The notes under the pieces were generated by a model. The model was not told where the DNA came from. It did not search any database and worked only from the letters and a program-made list of their open reading frames with translations. Both the position numbers and the translations under genes were made by a program. Of a stretch of 64,000 nt of DNA, positions 8,488 to 18,099 are shown piece after piece. This stretch comes from Chloroflexota bacterium (GTDB taxonomy: Bacteria; Chloroflexota; Limnocylindria; P2-11E): assembly GCA_005881885.1 (NCBI GenBank), contig VBDX01000133.1, forward strand, positions 15,461 through 79,460, given 5' to 3'. Each line of letters opens with the position of its first letter. Within the stretch, counting starts at the first letter, position 1.

Positions 8488-10836
8488 TTGCGCCTCGCAC
8501 TGCCGTCGGGCCTGCTCGCCATGATCCTCGCGACGGCAGGGCTTCTCGTCGTGGGGGCAGGCGCGGCGCTCGCCTTCTTCACCGAGGACCTGCCCTCGCC
8601 ACAGGATCTCGCCAAGGCCCCGCTCGCGCAGGGGACCAAGGTCTACGACCGGACCGGCAACACGCTCCTTTACCAGTTCTCGGAGGAGAACCGCGAGGTC
8701 GTGGCCTTCGATCAAATCCCACAGGTGCTCGTCGACGCGACGGTCGCGGCCGAGGACAAGAGCTTCTGGAGCAACCCAGGCGTCGACGTGCTCGGGATCA
8801 TGCGGGCCGTCTACGCCGACCTCACCAGCCGCGGAACGGGCTCCGGCGGCGCGTCGACCATCACGCAGCAGCTTGTGAAGCAGCGGATCGTCGGCGGCGA
8901 GCTCTCCATCAAGCGAAAGATTCGCGAGGCCATCCTCGCGATCCAGGTCACAAACACCTATTCGAAGCAGCAGATCCTCGAGCTCTACTTCAATCAGATC
9001 TACTACGGCAATCAGGCGTACGGCGTGAAGGCCGCCGCGCAGACCTATTTCGGGAAGACCGATCTCACTCATCTCACCCTGGCTGAAGCCGCGCTCCTCG
9101 CGGGTCTGCCGCAGGCGCCTTCGGTCCTCGATCCGACCCAGGAGGCGAACGTGGACCGCGCCGAGGAACGGCGCGCCTACGTACTCGACCAGATGGTGGA
9201 GACGGGCGCGATCACCCAGCAGCAAGCCGACGCGGCGAACGCCGTGCCGATCAAGGTCGCCGGCCCGCCGGTCGCGACGATCAAGGCGCCGCACTTTGTC
9301 TTCCAGGTGCGGAACCAGCTGTCGCAGATCCTCGGTGGCGACGAGGCGGCCGTCACTCGCGGCGGCTACCGCGTCACGACCACGCTCGATCTGACCAAGC
9401 AGGAGATCGGCGAGCGGCAGGTGCGCGAATGGGTCGAGGAGCTCCACAACCGCAACGTCTGGAACGCGGCCCTCGTATCGATCGATCCGCGCAGCGGCGA
9501 GGTCCTCACCTACGTCGGTTCGGTCGACTACAACAACCGCGACGATCCGCGCGTGCAGGGCCAGTTCGACGTGGCGGGCATCGGGCTACGTCAGCCCGGC
9601 TCGTCCTTCAAGATGTTCAACTACGTGACTGCGCTCAAGAAGGGCGCGAGCGCGGCGACCGTGGTGGTTGACGCGCGCACCGACTTCACCGGGAAGGCCG
9701 ACCCCACGCGGATGAGCGCGACGGCCTGCGGCTACTGCCCGGAGAACGCCGACCTCCAGTACCACGGTCCGGTGACGATGCGCCAAGCGATCCGCGAATC
9801 TAGGAACGTACCGGCGGTCCGGTTCCTGGCTGAGTACTCGGGCATCGAGGACACCATCCAGACCGCGCATGAGCTGGGCATCACGACGGACATCGACTCG
9901 TCGAAGGTCGGGTTATCGCTGACGCTCGGAGCGCGCGAGGTGCACCTTGTCGACATGGCCAGCGCCTACGGCGTGCTCGCGAATATGGGTGTTCGGATCG
10001 CGCCGACGTACATCCTCAAGGTCGAGGATGCCCGCGGAAAGGTCGTCTGGGAGCACAAGGACTACGAGTCCAAGCGCGTGCTCGACCAGGGGATCGCCTG
10101 GATCATGACCGACATCCTCAAAGACACGACGCAGCCGTCGCGTAACTTCATCTTCGGCCAATGGACGAATATCGGTCGCGTGGCGGCGCTCAAGACCGGC
10201 ACGACCGACAACCTGAAGGACGTGTATTCGGTCGGCTACGTGCCCTCGCTGGTGACCGGGGTGTGGATGGGCAACTCGAACGGCGACCCTATGAGCTCGC
10301 GCGACTTCAACAGCGCGATGGGCCCCGGCCAGCTCTGGCGCGACTACATGAAGGAAGCGCTCACGGACACGCCGCCGTCGGACTGGCAGCGTCCGTCCAA
10401 CGTCGTGAGCGGCACGGTCGTCTCCGCGCCCGGCGCGTTCGGCGGATATGGCTCGGGCCTTCTTCCGTCGAGCCTCACGCCGTTCTCGACCACGGAGTGG
10501 TTCATCAAGGGCACGGAGCCCGCGAGGACCGACGACTGGTTCGTCGCGGGGTGCCAGCTACCCGACGGGTCACGGAAGGTCGCGATGAGGATCCAGGACA
10601 CCCACGCGCCGGCGGCCTTCCAGCGATACACGGACCAGTGGATCCGCGATGCGATCGCCGGCCGGCATACGTACGGCCGGTACACCTGGAACCTCGTGAG
10701 CCCAGATCCCTGCCCGACGCCGTCCCCGACGCCGTCGCCCTCGCCGACGCCGTTCTTCGGGTTCCCCACCCCGACGCCGACGCCTTTCTTCGGCTCGACC
10801 CCTACGCCGCGACCGACCAGCACCAAGAGGCCGTAG
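8488..10836 (+). CDS. Class A penicillin-binding protein (transglycosylase + transpeptidase, PBP1A family) with a C-terminal Pro/Thr/Ser-rich tail
   Basis: N-terminal TM helix, GT51 motifs ([19 protein letters not shown]), transpeptidase domain, and a (PT)n-type tail [29 protein letters not shown] start; ATG at 8521 is an alternative. Confidence 0.85.
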   Translation: MRLALPSGLLAMILATAGLLVVGAGAALAFFTEDLPSPQDLAKAPLAQGTKVYDRTGNTLLYQFSEENREVVAFDQIPQVLVDATVAAEDKSFWSNPGVDVLGIMRAVYADLTSRGTGSGGASTITQQLVKQRIVGGELSIKRKIREAILAIQVTNTYSKQQILELYFNQIYYGNQAYGVKAAAQTYFGKTDLTHLTLAEAALLAGLPQAPSVLDPTQEANVDRAEERRAYVLDQMVETGAITQQQADAANAVPIKVAGPPVATIKAPHFVFQVRNQLSQILGGDEAAVTRGGYRVTTTLDLTKQEIGERQVREWVEELHNRNVWNAALVSIDPRSGEVLTYVGSVDYNNRDDPRVQGQFDVAGIGLRQPGSSFKMFNYVTALKKGASAATVVVDARTDFTGKADPTRMSATACGYCPENADLQYHGPVTMRQAIRESRNVPAVRFLAEYSGIEDTIQTAHELGITTDIDSSKVGLSLTLGAREVHLVDMASAYGVLANMGVRIAPTYILKVEDARGKVVWEHKDYESKRVLDQGIAWIMTDILKDTTQPSRNFIFGQWTNIGRVAALKTGTTDNLKDVYSVGYVPSLVTGVWMGNSNGDPMSSRDFNSAMGPGQLWRDYMKEALTDTPPSDWQRPSNVVSGTVVSAPGAFGGYGSGLLPSSLTPFSTTEWFIKGTEPARTDDWFVAGCQLPDGSRKVAMRIQDTHAPAAFQRYTDQWIRDAIAGRHTYGRYTWNLVSPDPCPTPSPTPSPSPTPFFGFPTPTPTPFFGSTPTPRPTSTKRP

Positions 10837-10841
10837 CCCGG

Positions 10842-11300
10842 GTGGCCGAGGATCCGGCCGTCAGCGCGATCGTCGCCTGCGTCGATCCGAGCGGCCGGAT
10901 CCTCGTCGTCAAACAGCATCGCGGACCATTCGCCGGTGCCTGGATCCTGCCCGGAGGGAACGTCGAGCGGGGCGAGCGGGTCGAGGATGCGGCCCGCCGC
11001 GAGCTCCTCGAAGAGACCGGCTATCGCACCACTGATCTGCGACTTGTGGCTCGCTATGAGGTGAGGAGCCTGCCACCGGATGGCTTCCACTTCCTCGTCC
11101 ACATGTTCCGCGCCGGTGACCTCGCCGGGGAGCCGCGTGCGGAAGCCGGTGGTGCGATGCGCTGGCAAGATCCCCGCGCGAGCGATGCGCACCCGAGCCT
11201 GGTCACGGCTCTCGCCGATCTCGGTCTCATCGATCCCGATCGCGCAGCCCTGTTTCACAGGCTCTCACAGATTGGCGTCGAGATGCGCCGCGTCTCTTAG
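10842..11300 (+). CDS. NUDIX hydrolase
   Basis: Nudix box '[24 protein letters not shown]'. GTG start 6 nt after the PBP stop; the longer ORF in the track overlaps the PBP gene. Confidence 0.7.
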   Translation: MAEDPAVSAIVACVDPSGRILVVKQHRGPFAGAWILPGGNVERGERVEDAARRELLEETGYRTTDLRLVARYEVRSLPPDGFHFLVHMFRAGDLAGEPRAEAGGAMRWQDPRASDAHPSLVTALADLGLIDPDRAALFHRLSQIGVEMRRVS

Positions 11301-11332
11301 GCGGGAAGGCCATTGCTCACTGGTAGCGCCCT

Positions 11333-13699
11333 CTACAGCCGGACGATCGTGGCCCCATCCCCGCCCTCGGACTGACCCGCGGGCTCATGCGCGCGAACCA
11401 GAGGATGCTGCGCCAGTGCGGCGCGGATGGCCGTGCGTAGCGCGCCCGTGCCCTTTCCGTGGACGATCCGCAGGCGCTCAACGCCCGCGACCGCGGCGTC
11501 ATTCAGGTAGCGATCGAGCACCGCGAGCGCCTCCTCGGCTCGCGCGCCGCGAAGATCGAGCTGCAGCGGCACGCTCGGCGCTGAACCGTGCACGACAGGT
11601 CTCTCCGAACGGATCGGGGAGCTCTGCTCCCTACCTCCCGGCGCGGGTCGAAGCTGCGAAGCGGGAACGCGCAGCCGCAGGGCGCCGGCGGCGACGTCCG
11701 CAAGCCCGCGGTCGTCGATAGCGAGCAGCGTTCCCGGCTCGGCGACCCCCTCCACGAGCACGGGCGAGCCGATGGCGATGGGAATGGACGTGCGGGGAGC
11801 GGGCGCCGATCCGGTCGATGCGGCCCGCGCGGACTCCGCCTCGGCGAGCGCCGCGCGCGCGTCGTCGACGAGGTTCCGTTTGGCCGCACGGTCGCGGGCG
11901 TCCTCGGCCTGGCGCAGCGCGCGGCGCGCCTGCAAAAGGAGCTCGTCGGCCTCGGCGTGGGCACGCCGCAGCGCGCGCCGCGCCTCATCGCGAACACGTT
12001 CGGCCTCGCGCTCCGCCTCGGTGGTCGCGTCCGAGGCGTCGGCCGCGGCGACTCGTGCTTCCTCGAGCGCGGCGGCCAGCTCAGTCCGCTGGCGCTCGGC
12101 CTCGCGGAGCGTCCGCTCGAGCGAGCGGTGCAGCTCCCCCAGGTGCGTGTCCGCGCGCCCGAGGACCGCGCGGTCGAGGCCGAGACGCTCCGCGATCGCG
12201 AAGGCATTCGACGCGCCCGGCAGGCCGACATGCAGGCGGAACGTCGGCCGGAGCGTCTCCGAGTCGAATTCCATGCTCGCGTTGCGCACGCCCGGCGTGC
12301 TGAGCGCGAACGCCTTGAGCTCAGGGTAGTGCGTCGTCGCCGCGACGAGCACCCCCCGCTCGAGCAGCGTCTCGAGCACCGCCATGGCCAGCGCCGCGCC
12401 CTCATCCGGGTCGGTGCCGGCGCCGATCTCATCGAGCAAGGCAAGATCGCCGCGCTCCGCCCCCGCGAGCGTCGCGACGACGTTGCGCAGGTGCGAGGAG
12501 AACGTCGAGAGCGACTGCGCGATGGACTGCTCGTCGCCGATGTCCGCGAAGATGCGTCGCAGCACCGGCACGCGGCTGTTCGGCGCCGCGGGAATGGCGA
12601 GGCCGCAGGCGGCCATCAGCGTGAGAAGCCCGATGGTCTTCAGCGTGACGGTCTTGCCGCCGGTGTTCGGCCCGGTGATGACGAGCACGCGGAACTCCCC
12701 GCCGAGCTCCGCGTCTATCCCCACGACGTTCCCCTGCTCGACCAGCAAGGGGTGGCGTGCGTCTACGAGATCGAGGATCCCTTCGGCGTTCAGCGCGGGC
12801 CGGCTTGCCTCGAGCGCATCGGCATAGAGCGCTTTCGCGATCGCCAGATCGAGCCCAGCGAGCGCCTGCAGCACGGCGTCGAGGTCATCTGCGGAGCGCT
12901 CGACACGACGGGAGAGCTCGTCGAGGATGCGCTGGACCTCGGCGCGTTCGGCGAGCTCGGCTTCGCGAAGGACGTTGTTCGCCTCCATGATCTCGAGCGG
13001 CTCGATGAAGACGGTCTGCCCGCTCGCGGACTGGTCGTGGACGATCCCCTTCACCGCGCCACGGTGCTCGGCCTTGACCGGGACGACGTAGCGGCCCCCG
13101 CGCTGCGTGACGATGGGGTCCTGAAGCAGACGCGCCAGGTCGGGAGAGCGGACGAGCCCGTCGAGCCGCTGCTGGAGGCGCGCCTGCGCGGCCCGCAGGT
13201 CGGCGCGGAGCGAGCCGAGGCGGATGCTCGCGCGGTCCAGCACTTCACCTGTGGATCCGATCGCGTTCTCGATCGCGCCGGCGACGTCCGATGGAGGCCG
13301 CGCGAAACGCGCTCGTCCGGCGAGCGGCGGATACGGCCGGACGTCAGCGAAGAGGTGCTCCGCCGCGCGCACCGTGTCGGACACCGCGACGAGCTGCTCG
13401 GGGTCGAGCGTTCCCCCAAGGCGTGCGCGCCGCAGCGCGTCGCGGATGTCCCGCGCGCCGCGTAGGCCGCTCGACGGGCTCGCCCGCATCAGGTCGCGCG
13501 CGGCCGCTGTCTCGTCCTGGAGGCGCTCGGCCTCGCGAACGTCGGAGGTCGGGAAAAGTGCGTGGGCCAGCTCGCGGCCCGGCGCGAAGGCGGTGCGCTC
13601 GGCGAGGAGCGCGCGGATCGCGGGCAGCTCGAGACGGGCGAAAGCGCCCTCGTTCAAGGCCGGGATATCCCGGACGAGCCGCGGATGTAGAAGCGCCAC
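11333..13699 (-). CDS. mutS2: Endonuclease MutS2 (MutS domain + C-terminal Smr)
   Basis: Walker A 'ITGPNTGGKTVTLKT', Walker B 'LLDEIGAGTDPDEG', C-terminal Smr 'LDLRGARAEEALAVLDRYLNDA ... IVHGKGTGALR'. Confidence 0.85.
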   Translation of the reverse strand: MALLHPRLVRDIPALNEGAFARLELPAIRALLAERTAFAPGRELAHALFPTSDVREAERLQDETAAARDLMRASPSSGLRGARDIRDALRRARLGGTLDPEQLVAVSDTVRAAEHLFADVRPYPPLAGRARFARPPSDVAGAIENAIGSTGEVLDRASIRLGSLRADLRAAQARLQQRLDGLVRSPDLARLLQDPIVTQRGGRYVVPVKAEHRGAVKGIVHDQSASGQTVFIEPLEIMEANNVLREAELAERAEVQRILDELSRRVERSADDLDAVLQALAGLDLAIAKALYADALEASRPALNAEGILDLVDARHPLLVEQGNVVGIDAELGGEFRVLVITGPNTGGKTVTLKTIGLLTLMAACGLAIPAAPNSRVPVLRRIFADIGDEQSIAQSLSTFSSHLRNVVATLAGAERGDLALLDEIGAGTDPDEGAALAMAVLETLLERGVLVAATTHYPELKAFALSTPGVRNASMEFDSETLRPTFRLHVGLPGASNAFAIAERLGLDRAVLGRADTHLGELHRSLERTLREAERQRTELAAALEEARVAAADASDATTEAEREAERVRDEARRALRRAHAEADELLLQARRALRQAEDARDRAAKRNLVDDARAALAEAESARAASTGSAPAPRTSIPIAIGSPVLVEGVAEPGTLLAIDDRGLADVAAGALRLRVPASQLRPAPGGREQSSPIRSERPVVHGSAPSVPLQLDLRGARAEEALAVLDRYLNDAAVAGVERLRIVHGKGTGALRTAIRAALAQHPLVRAHEPAGQSEGGDGATIVRL

Positions 13700-14166
13700 G
13701 GTTTGTGCGTGGTGGCGTGCTGGTTCAATCCGATCCGCGCCGCGCGGACCACACGCGAGGACTGCACCGGCGACGCGTCGCGGATGGAGAGCTCGGACCG
13801 GACCAGGTCCATGTCGGTCTGCGCGGTGGTCAGGCCGAGCGCACGCGCGAGCTTTCCGGGCCCGGCGAGCGCGCGTGGATCGTCGCCGACGCCGGCGATC
13901 GGCTCGGCGCCGCGCAGGAGCACGGCGCCCGCGACACCGCCGCGTGATGCGACCACGTTCAGGCAGTGATACATGCCATACACGAAGTACACGTAGCTCC
14001 TTCCGGGCGGGCCGAACATCGGCGCGGTGCGCGCGGTCGGACCCCGGTACGCATGCGATGCGGGGTCGCTCGCTCCGAGATAGGCCTCGACCTCGACGAG
14101 CCGCACGGCGCGCCGTCCCGCGGGGCCATCGTAGACGAGCACCTTCCCGAGCAGATCGCGCGCCAC
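13654..14166 (-). CDS. mpg: DNA-3-methyladenine glycosylase (Mpg/AAG family); start uncertain
   Basis: 'VEVEAYLGASDPASHAYRGPTARTAPMFGPPGRSYVYFVYGMYHCLNVV' is typical of the AAG family. The ORF in the track extends far upstream over dppC; a GTG near 14166 gives ~170 aa. Confidence 0.65.
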   Translation of the reverse strand: MARDLLGKVLVYDGPAGRRAVRLVEVEAYLGASDPASHAYRGPTARTAPMFGPPGRSYVYFVYGMYHCLNVVASRGGVAGAVLLRGAEPIAGVGDDPRALAGPGKLARALGLTTAQTDMDLVRSELSIRDASPVQSSRVVRAARIGLNQHATTHKPWRFYIRGSSGISRP

Positions 14167-14222
14167 GCGCGCCGTGGGCCGCGCGTAAAACGACCGGGGA
14201 AGCCTCGCGCCGAGCCTTGTGG

Positions 14223-15152
14223 CTATGTCTTGCGGGGGTCGAGGGCGTCGCGTAGACCGTCGCCGATGTAGTTGATCGACAGGACGGTGACGAAGATCAG
14301 GAACCCGGGGAAGACGACCCAATGCGTTGCGATGTCGATGAAGTTCTGAGCGTCGTACAGCAGACGTCCCCAGGTCGGCACGTCCGGCGGAAACCCGAGA
14401 CCGAGGAAGGAGAGCGTGGACTCGGTGAGGATCGCGCCGCCGACGCCGATCGTCGCGGCGACGAGGACGGGCGACAACGTGTTGGGGAGGATGTGCCGCC
14501 AGATGATCGCGAGGTCCGGGTCGCCGATCGCGCGTGCGGCCTCGACGAACTCCTTCTGCTTGAGCGAGAGGAACTGCGCGCGTACAAGGCGTGCGACGGG
14601 CATCCACTCCAGCAAGCCGATGACCGTCACGATCATGATGAAGATCCCGACCTCGGGGCCGAAGGCCGCGCGCAGCACGTCGCGGAAGAGATAGATGACG
14701 ATGAGCAAGAGCGGAAGGATCGGCAGCGACAGGAAGAGATCGGTGAGCCGCATGAGGGGGTTGTCGAGCTTGTTGAAGTAGCCCGCCAGGGCCCCGACGA
14801 GCGTCCCGAGCGTGATCGCGATGAACACCGCGGAGAGGCCGACCGCGATCGACACGCGACCGCCCCACAGGGCGCGCGCGAAGATGTCGCGCCCGAGATT
14901 GTCGGTTCCGAACGGGTGATCGGCAGATGGCCCCTGGAGCGCGATCGTGTAATCAAGTGTGTCGATGCGGATGGGCCAGAAGTACGGCCCGACCACGGTC
15001 GCGACGATCAGGAAGGAGAGCACCGCCAACCCGGCCATGGCCAGCCTGTGACGCCTGAATTGGTACCAGGCATCGGTCCACAGAGATCGCGGAGGCCGCA
15101 GCATGTCGGCCTTGACCGTGGCCGTCGTGAGCCGAGCCTGGGTTGTCGCCAT
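14223..15152 (-). CDS. ABC transporter permease (DppC/OppC type)
   Basis: BPD_transp_1 permease with N-terminal OppC extension, 309 aa from ATG at 15152. That ATG overlaps the dppB stop (TAATG). Confidence 0.85.
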   Translation of the reverse strand: MATTQARLTTATVKADMLRPPRSLWTDAWYQFRRHRLAMAGLAVLSFLIVATVVGPYFWPIRIDTLDYTIALQGPSADHPFGTDNLGRDIFARALWGGRVSIAVGLSAVFIAITLGTLVGALAGYFNKLDNPLMRLTDLFLSLPILPLLLIVIYLFRDVLRAAFGPEVGIFIMIVTVIGLLEWMPVARLVRAQFLSLKQKEFVEAARAIGDPDLAIIWRHILPNTLSPVLVAATIGVGGAILTESTLSFLGLGFPPDVPTWGRLLYDAQNFIDIATHWVVFPGFLIFVTVLSINYIGDGLRDALDPRKT

Positions 15153-16111
15153 TACGTGTACCGGATACGCGGGTCGAGCACCGCGTACAGGAGATCCGCC
15201 AGCAGATTGAAGGTCACGACGAGCACCGCGAAGATGAACACCACCGTCGCGACCACCGGGATGTCCCCATTCGAGATCGAGGTCACCAGGAGCTCGCCAA
15301 TGCCCGGTACGCGGAAGATCTGCTCGGTCACGATCGCGCCGCCAAACACCGTCGGGACCCCGAGCGCCACGAGGGTGACCACCGGGATGAGGCTGTTCCG
15401 GAGAACGTGGCGAAGTACGACGAGCCGCTCCATAAGTCCCTTGCCCCGCGCCGTCCGCACGTAGTCGAGCGGAAGGTGCTCGAGCATCTCCGAGCGCACG
15501 TACCGCGCGATGGTCGCGACGTTGAACAGGCCGAGGACCGTGATCGGCATGATCGATTGCCTGATTTGGAACACGAAGCTGTCGAGGTCGTGGACCTGAG
15601 TCGTTGAGCTGTAGATGAACGGGAACCACCGCAGCTTGATGCCGAAGATGATGATGAGAAGAAGGCCGGTGAAGAACGTCGGCACCGAGAAGCCCATGAA
15701 GGCGACCGTCGTCGCCGCGTGGTCGAAGATCGAGTAACGCTTGATCGCCGAGATCATTCCGACAGGGATACCCATGAGGACGCCGAAGACGTACGCCACG
15801 CCCACGACGGCGAGGGTATTCGGGAGGCGCTGCGCGATGAGGTCGCCGACCGAGGAGTGGCTCATGAACGAGACGCCGAAGTCTCCGCGGAACATCGAGG
15901 TCATCCACTTGACGTATCGGATCGGCCAGGGCTGATTCAGGCCCAGGCTCTCCCGGATCCGCTCGCGGACTTCTGCCGGGACCCTCGGATCGGCGCCGAA
16001 CTGGGAGAGGGGGTCGATCGGAGCGAGCGCCAGGATCGCGTAGATCACAAAGCTGATGACGATCAACGTCGGGACCGCGATGAGGAGACGGCGCGCGATG
16101 TAGCGACCCAT
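15152..16111 (-). CDS. ABC transporter permease (DppB/OppB type)
   Basis: 319 aa, six-TM permease with an EAA-like loop. Confidence 0.85.
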   Translation of the reverse strand: MGRYIARRLLIAVPTLIVISFVIYAILALAPIDPLSQFGADPRVPAEVRERIRESLGLNQPWPIRYVKWMTSMFRGDFGVSFMSHSSVGDLIAQRLPNTLAVVGVAYVFGVLMGIPVGMISAIKRYSIFDHAATTVAFMGFSVPTFFTGLLLIIIFGIKLRWFPFIYSSTTQVHDLDSFVFQIRQSIMPITVLGLFNVATIARYVRSEMLEHLPLDYVRTARGKGLMERLVVLRHVLRNSLIPVVTLVALGVPTVFGGAIVTEQIFRVPGIGELLVTSISNGDIPVVATVVFIFAVLVVTFNLLADLLYAVLDPRIRYT

Positions 16112-16194
16112 CGCTAGACCCTCACCTCGCCCTTACGGTGCGGGTGGTGCGGTGGAGGTTCTCCACCGCACCACCGTAGCACGCTTGCCTGCTC

Positions 16195-17940
16195 TTACTT
16201 GGACCAGTCGGCGATGTTGTACATCACCGAGTCCCACCCTGAAACGTCGATGCCCTTGAGCGCCTTGGAGACACCGTCGGGTGTCGGTGCCACGCGGTTG
16301 ATGAGCGGGATGATCACGACATCCTTGATGAGGATGTCGTTCGCCTGGATCGCGAGCTGGGCCAGCTTGGCCTGATCGGCCTCGACAGCCATCTGGTCGA
16401 CGACCTTGTCGAAGTCGGGGTTGCAGTAGCGGTTGTAGTTGCTGCCGTTCCAGTTGTTCGCCTTGCCCGTAGCCGTCTTGCAGGTCCAGCCCCTGAAGTA
16501 GCCGGTGGGATTGGGGTCACCGCTGTTGGTGAACATCTCGACATCGGCCCAGAAGTGGTTGGCACCGTCGGGCGAGGTGTTGGTGAAGAAGGTGCTCGCG
16601 GGCACCGACTTCAGCTCGACTTGGAAGCCGACCTTCTCCCAGTTGGACTTCATGATGGCCTGCGTGCTCTGGCGGACGCTGTTCACGGTCGTCTGGTAAA
16701 GGATCTTGAGCTTCTGGCCGCCCTTGGCGCGGACGTTGTCGGAGCCTTTCGCCCAGCCGGCGTCATCGAGCTCCTTGTTGGCGGCGTTCAGGTCGAACTT
16801 GCAGATATCGAAGCTGTCGCTGTTCTTGGACTCCATCGCCGTAGGGGCCGTGAGGATGTTGCAGGTCGCCTTGCCCGTAAGGCCATCGCCGTAGAGCTGG
16901 CTCGCGACCGATGCGCGGTCCGTGGCCATCGCGAGCGCCCGGCGGACGTGGATGTCCGTGAAGAACGGGTGCTTCGTGTCCGGCTCGCCGCGCTTGTCGC
17001 CGAGCGAGGCGTCAGGGTTCGAGAAGTTGACCAGAAGCCGCTCGACGCTTGAGGCGTATGAGGTGAGGAGCCGGCCGGTGGTGCTGCTCGCGGCCATCGG
17101 CTTGAGCACGCTCGCCTCGACCTGGAGGTTCCAGGCGTAGTCAACGTCGCCGGTCTGGAAGACCGCGCGCGCGGCCGAGGCCGCGTCGCCGCCTCCCTTG
17201 AGAGTCACGGTCTTGAAGAACGGCTTGTTCGGATCGCGGAAGTTCTCGTTCAGGTCGTACTGCACGACGTCGCCGGGCTTGAACGTATTCACCTTATATG
17301 GACCGGTACCGATGGGCTTGAGGTCCGCCGGGCAGTCCTTCGCCTTCACGCCCAGGCAGTTCGCGTACTGGGCCTTCTGGATAATCGGCGTGTTGAAGCC
17401 GACGCCCCACTGGAAGTAGAAGGGCTGCGCCGGCGAGTACGTGACGACCGCGGTATTCGGGTCCTTCGCGGTGACGCTCTTCACGCCTTCGCAGACATCA
17501 ACGGTAGAAGCCGCGGTCTTTTCGTCGCACATGTAGGTGTAGGTCCCGACGACGTCATCGGCGGTGAACGGCGTCCCGTCGGACCACTTCACGCCGGTAC
17601 GGAGCTTCCAGGTCACGCTCGTGAAGTCCTTGGCGACGCCGCCGTTCGCGACAGTCGGGATCTCGGCCGCGAGGCCGTTCGCCAGCGCCTGGCCGTTCTT
17701 GTCCCAGGATGCGAGCGGCTCGAGGACGAGCCGTGACGCGTCGTTGTCCTTCGTGCCGGTCGCCTGATGCGCGTTGAGGATCGTCGGTGCCTGCCAGTAC
17801 AGGATCTTGAGCTCGCCGCCGGCGCCGCGCTGCGCGACTGGCGTTGCGCTCGCCGATGGGGCCGGGCTCGCTGCTGGCTGCTGAGTACACGCTGCTAGTG
17901 CCATGGTCGCGGTGACAGCGAGGGCGAACCCTCTACGCAC
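16195..17940 (-). CDS. ABC transporter substrate-binding lipoprotein (family 5, peptide/nickel type)
   Basis: SBP_bac_5-like, ~580 aa, lipobox 'MALAAC'. Probable GTG start at 17940 (VRRGFALAVTATMALAAC) with GGAGAG 7 nt upstream; the track gives 17955. Confidence 0.85.
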   Translation of the reverse strand: MRRGFALAVTATMALAACTQQPAASPAPSASATPVAQRGAGGELKILYWQAPTILNAHQATGTKDNDASRLVLEPLASWDKNGQALANGLAAEIPTVANGGVAKDFTSVTWKLRTGVKWSDGTPFTADDVVGTYTYMCDEKTAASTVDVCEGVKSVTAKDPNTAVVTYSPAQPFYFQWGVGFNTPIIQKAQYANCLGVKAKDCPADLKPIGTGPYKVNTFKPGDVVQYDLNENFRDPNKPFFKTVTLKGGGDAASAARAVFQTGDVDYAWNLQVEASVLKPMAASSTTGRLLTSYASSVERLLVNFSNPDASLGDKRGEPDTKHPFFTDIHVRRALAMATDRASVASQLYGDGLTGKATCNILTAPTAMESKNSDSFDICKFDLNAANKELDDAGWAKGSDNVRAKGGQKLKILYQTTVNSVRQSTQAIMKSNWEKVGFQVELKSVPASTFFTNTSPDGANHFWADVEMFTNSGDPNPTGYFRGWTCKTATGKANNWNGSNYNRYCNPDFDKVVDQMAVEADQAKLAQLAIQANDILIKDVVIIPLINRVAPTPDGVSKALKGIDVSGWDSVMYNIADWSK

Positions 17941-18099
17941 GTAACTACTCTCCACTTAGTTCACATACCTCCCTAGCGCATGGTGGCCGAGTCTATCTGG
18001 GTACCCCCCGACCTGCCCTCGGGTTCAGTCGTGGTCTGACCATTCAATCGCAGGGGCTGGCCCCTCCGACCCCTCACTCTCTTCGGCGGAGCGCACGCG

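Noticed and set aside
11503-13465. Long ORFs antisense to or frame-shifted within mutS2 (313 aa and 625 aa, Arg/Ala/Ser-rich)
   Set aside because: Low-complexity Arg/Ala/Pro composition typical of off-frame translation of 70% GC DNA. They fully overlap a strongly supported mutS2 and have no recognisable domains.
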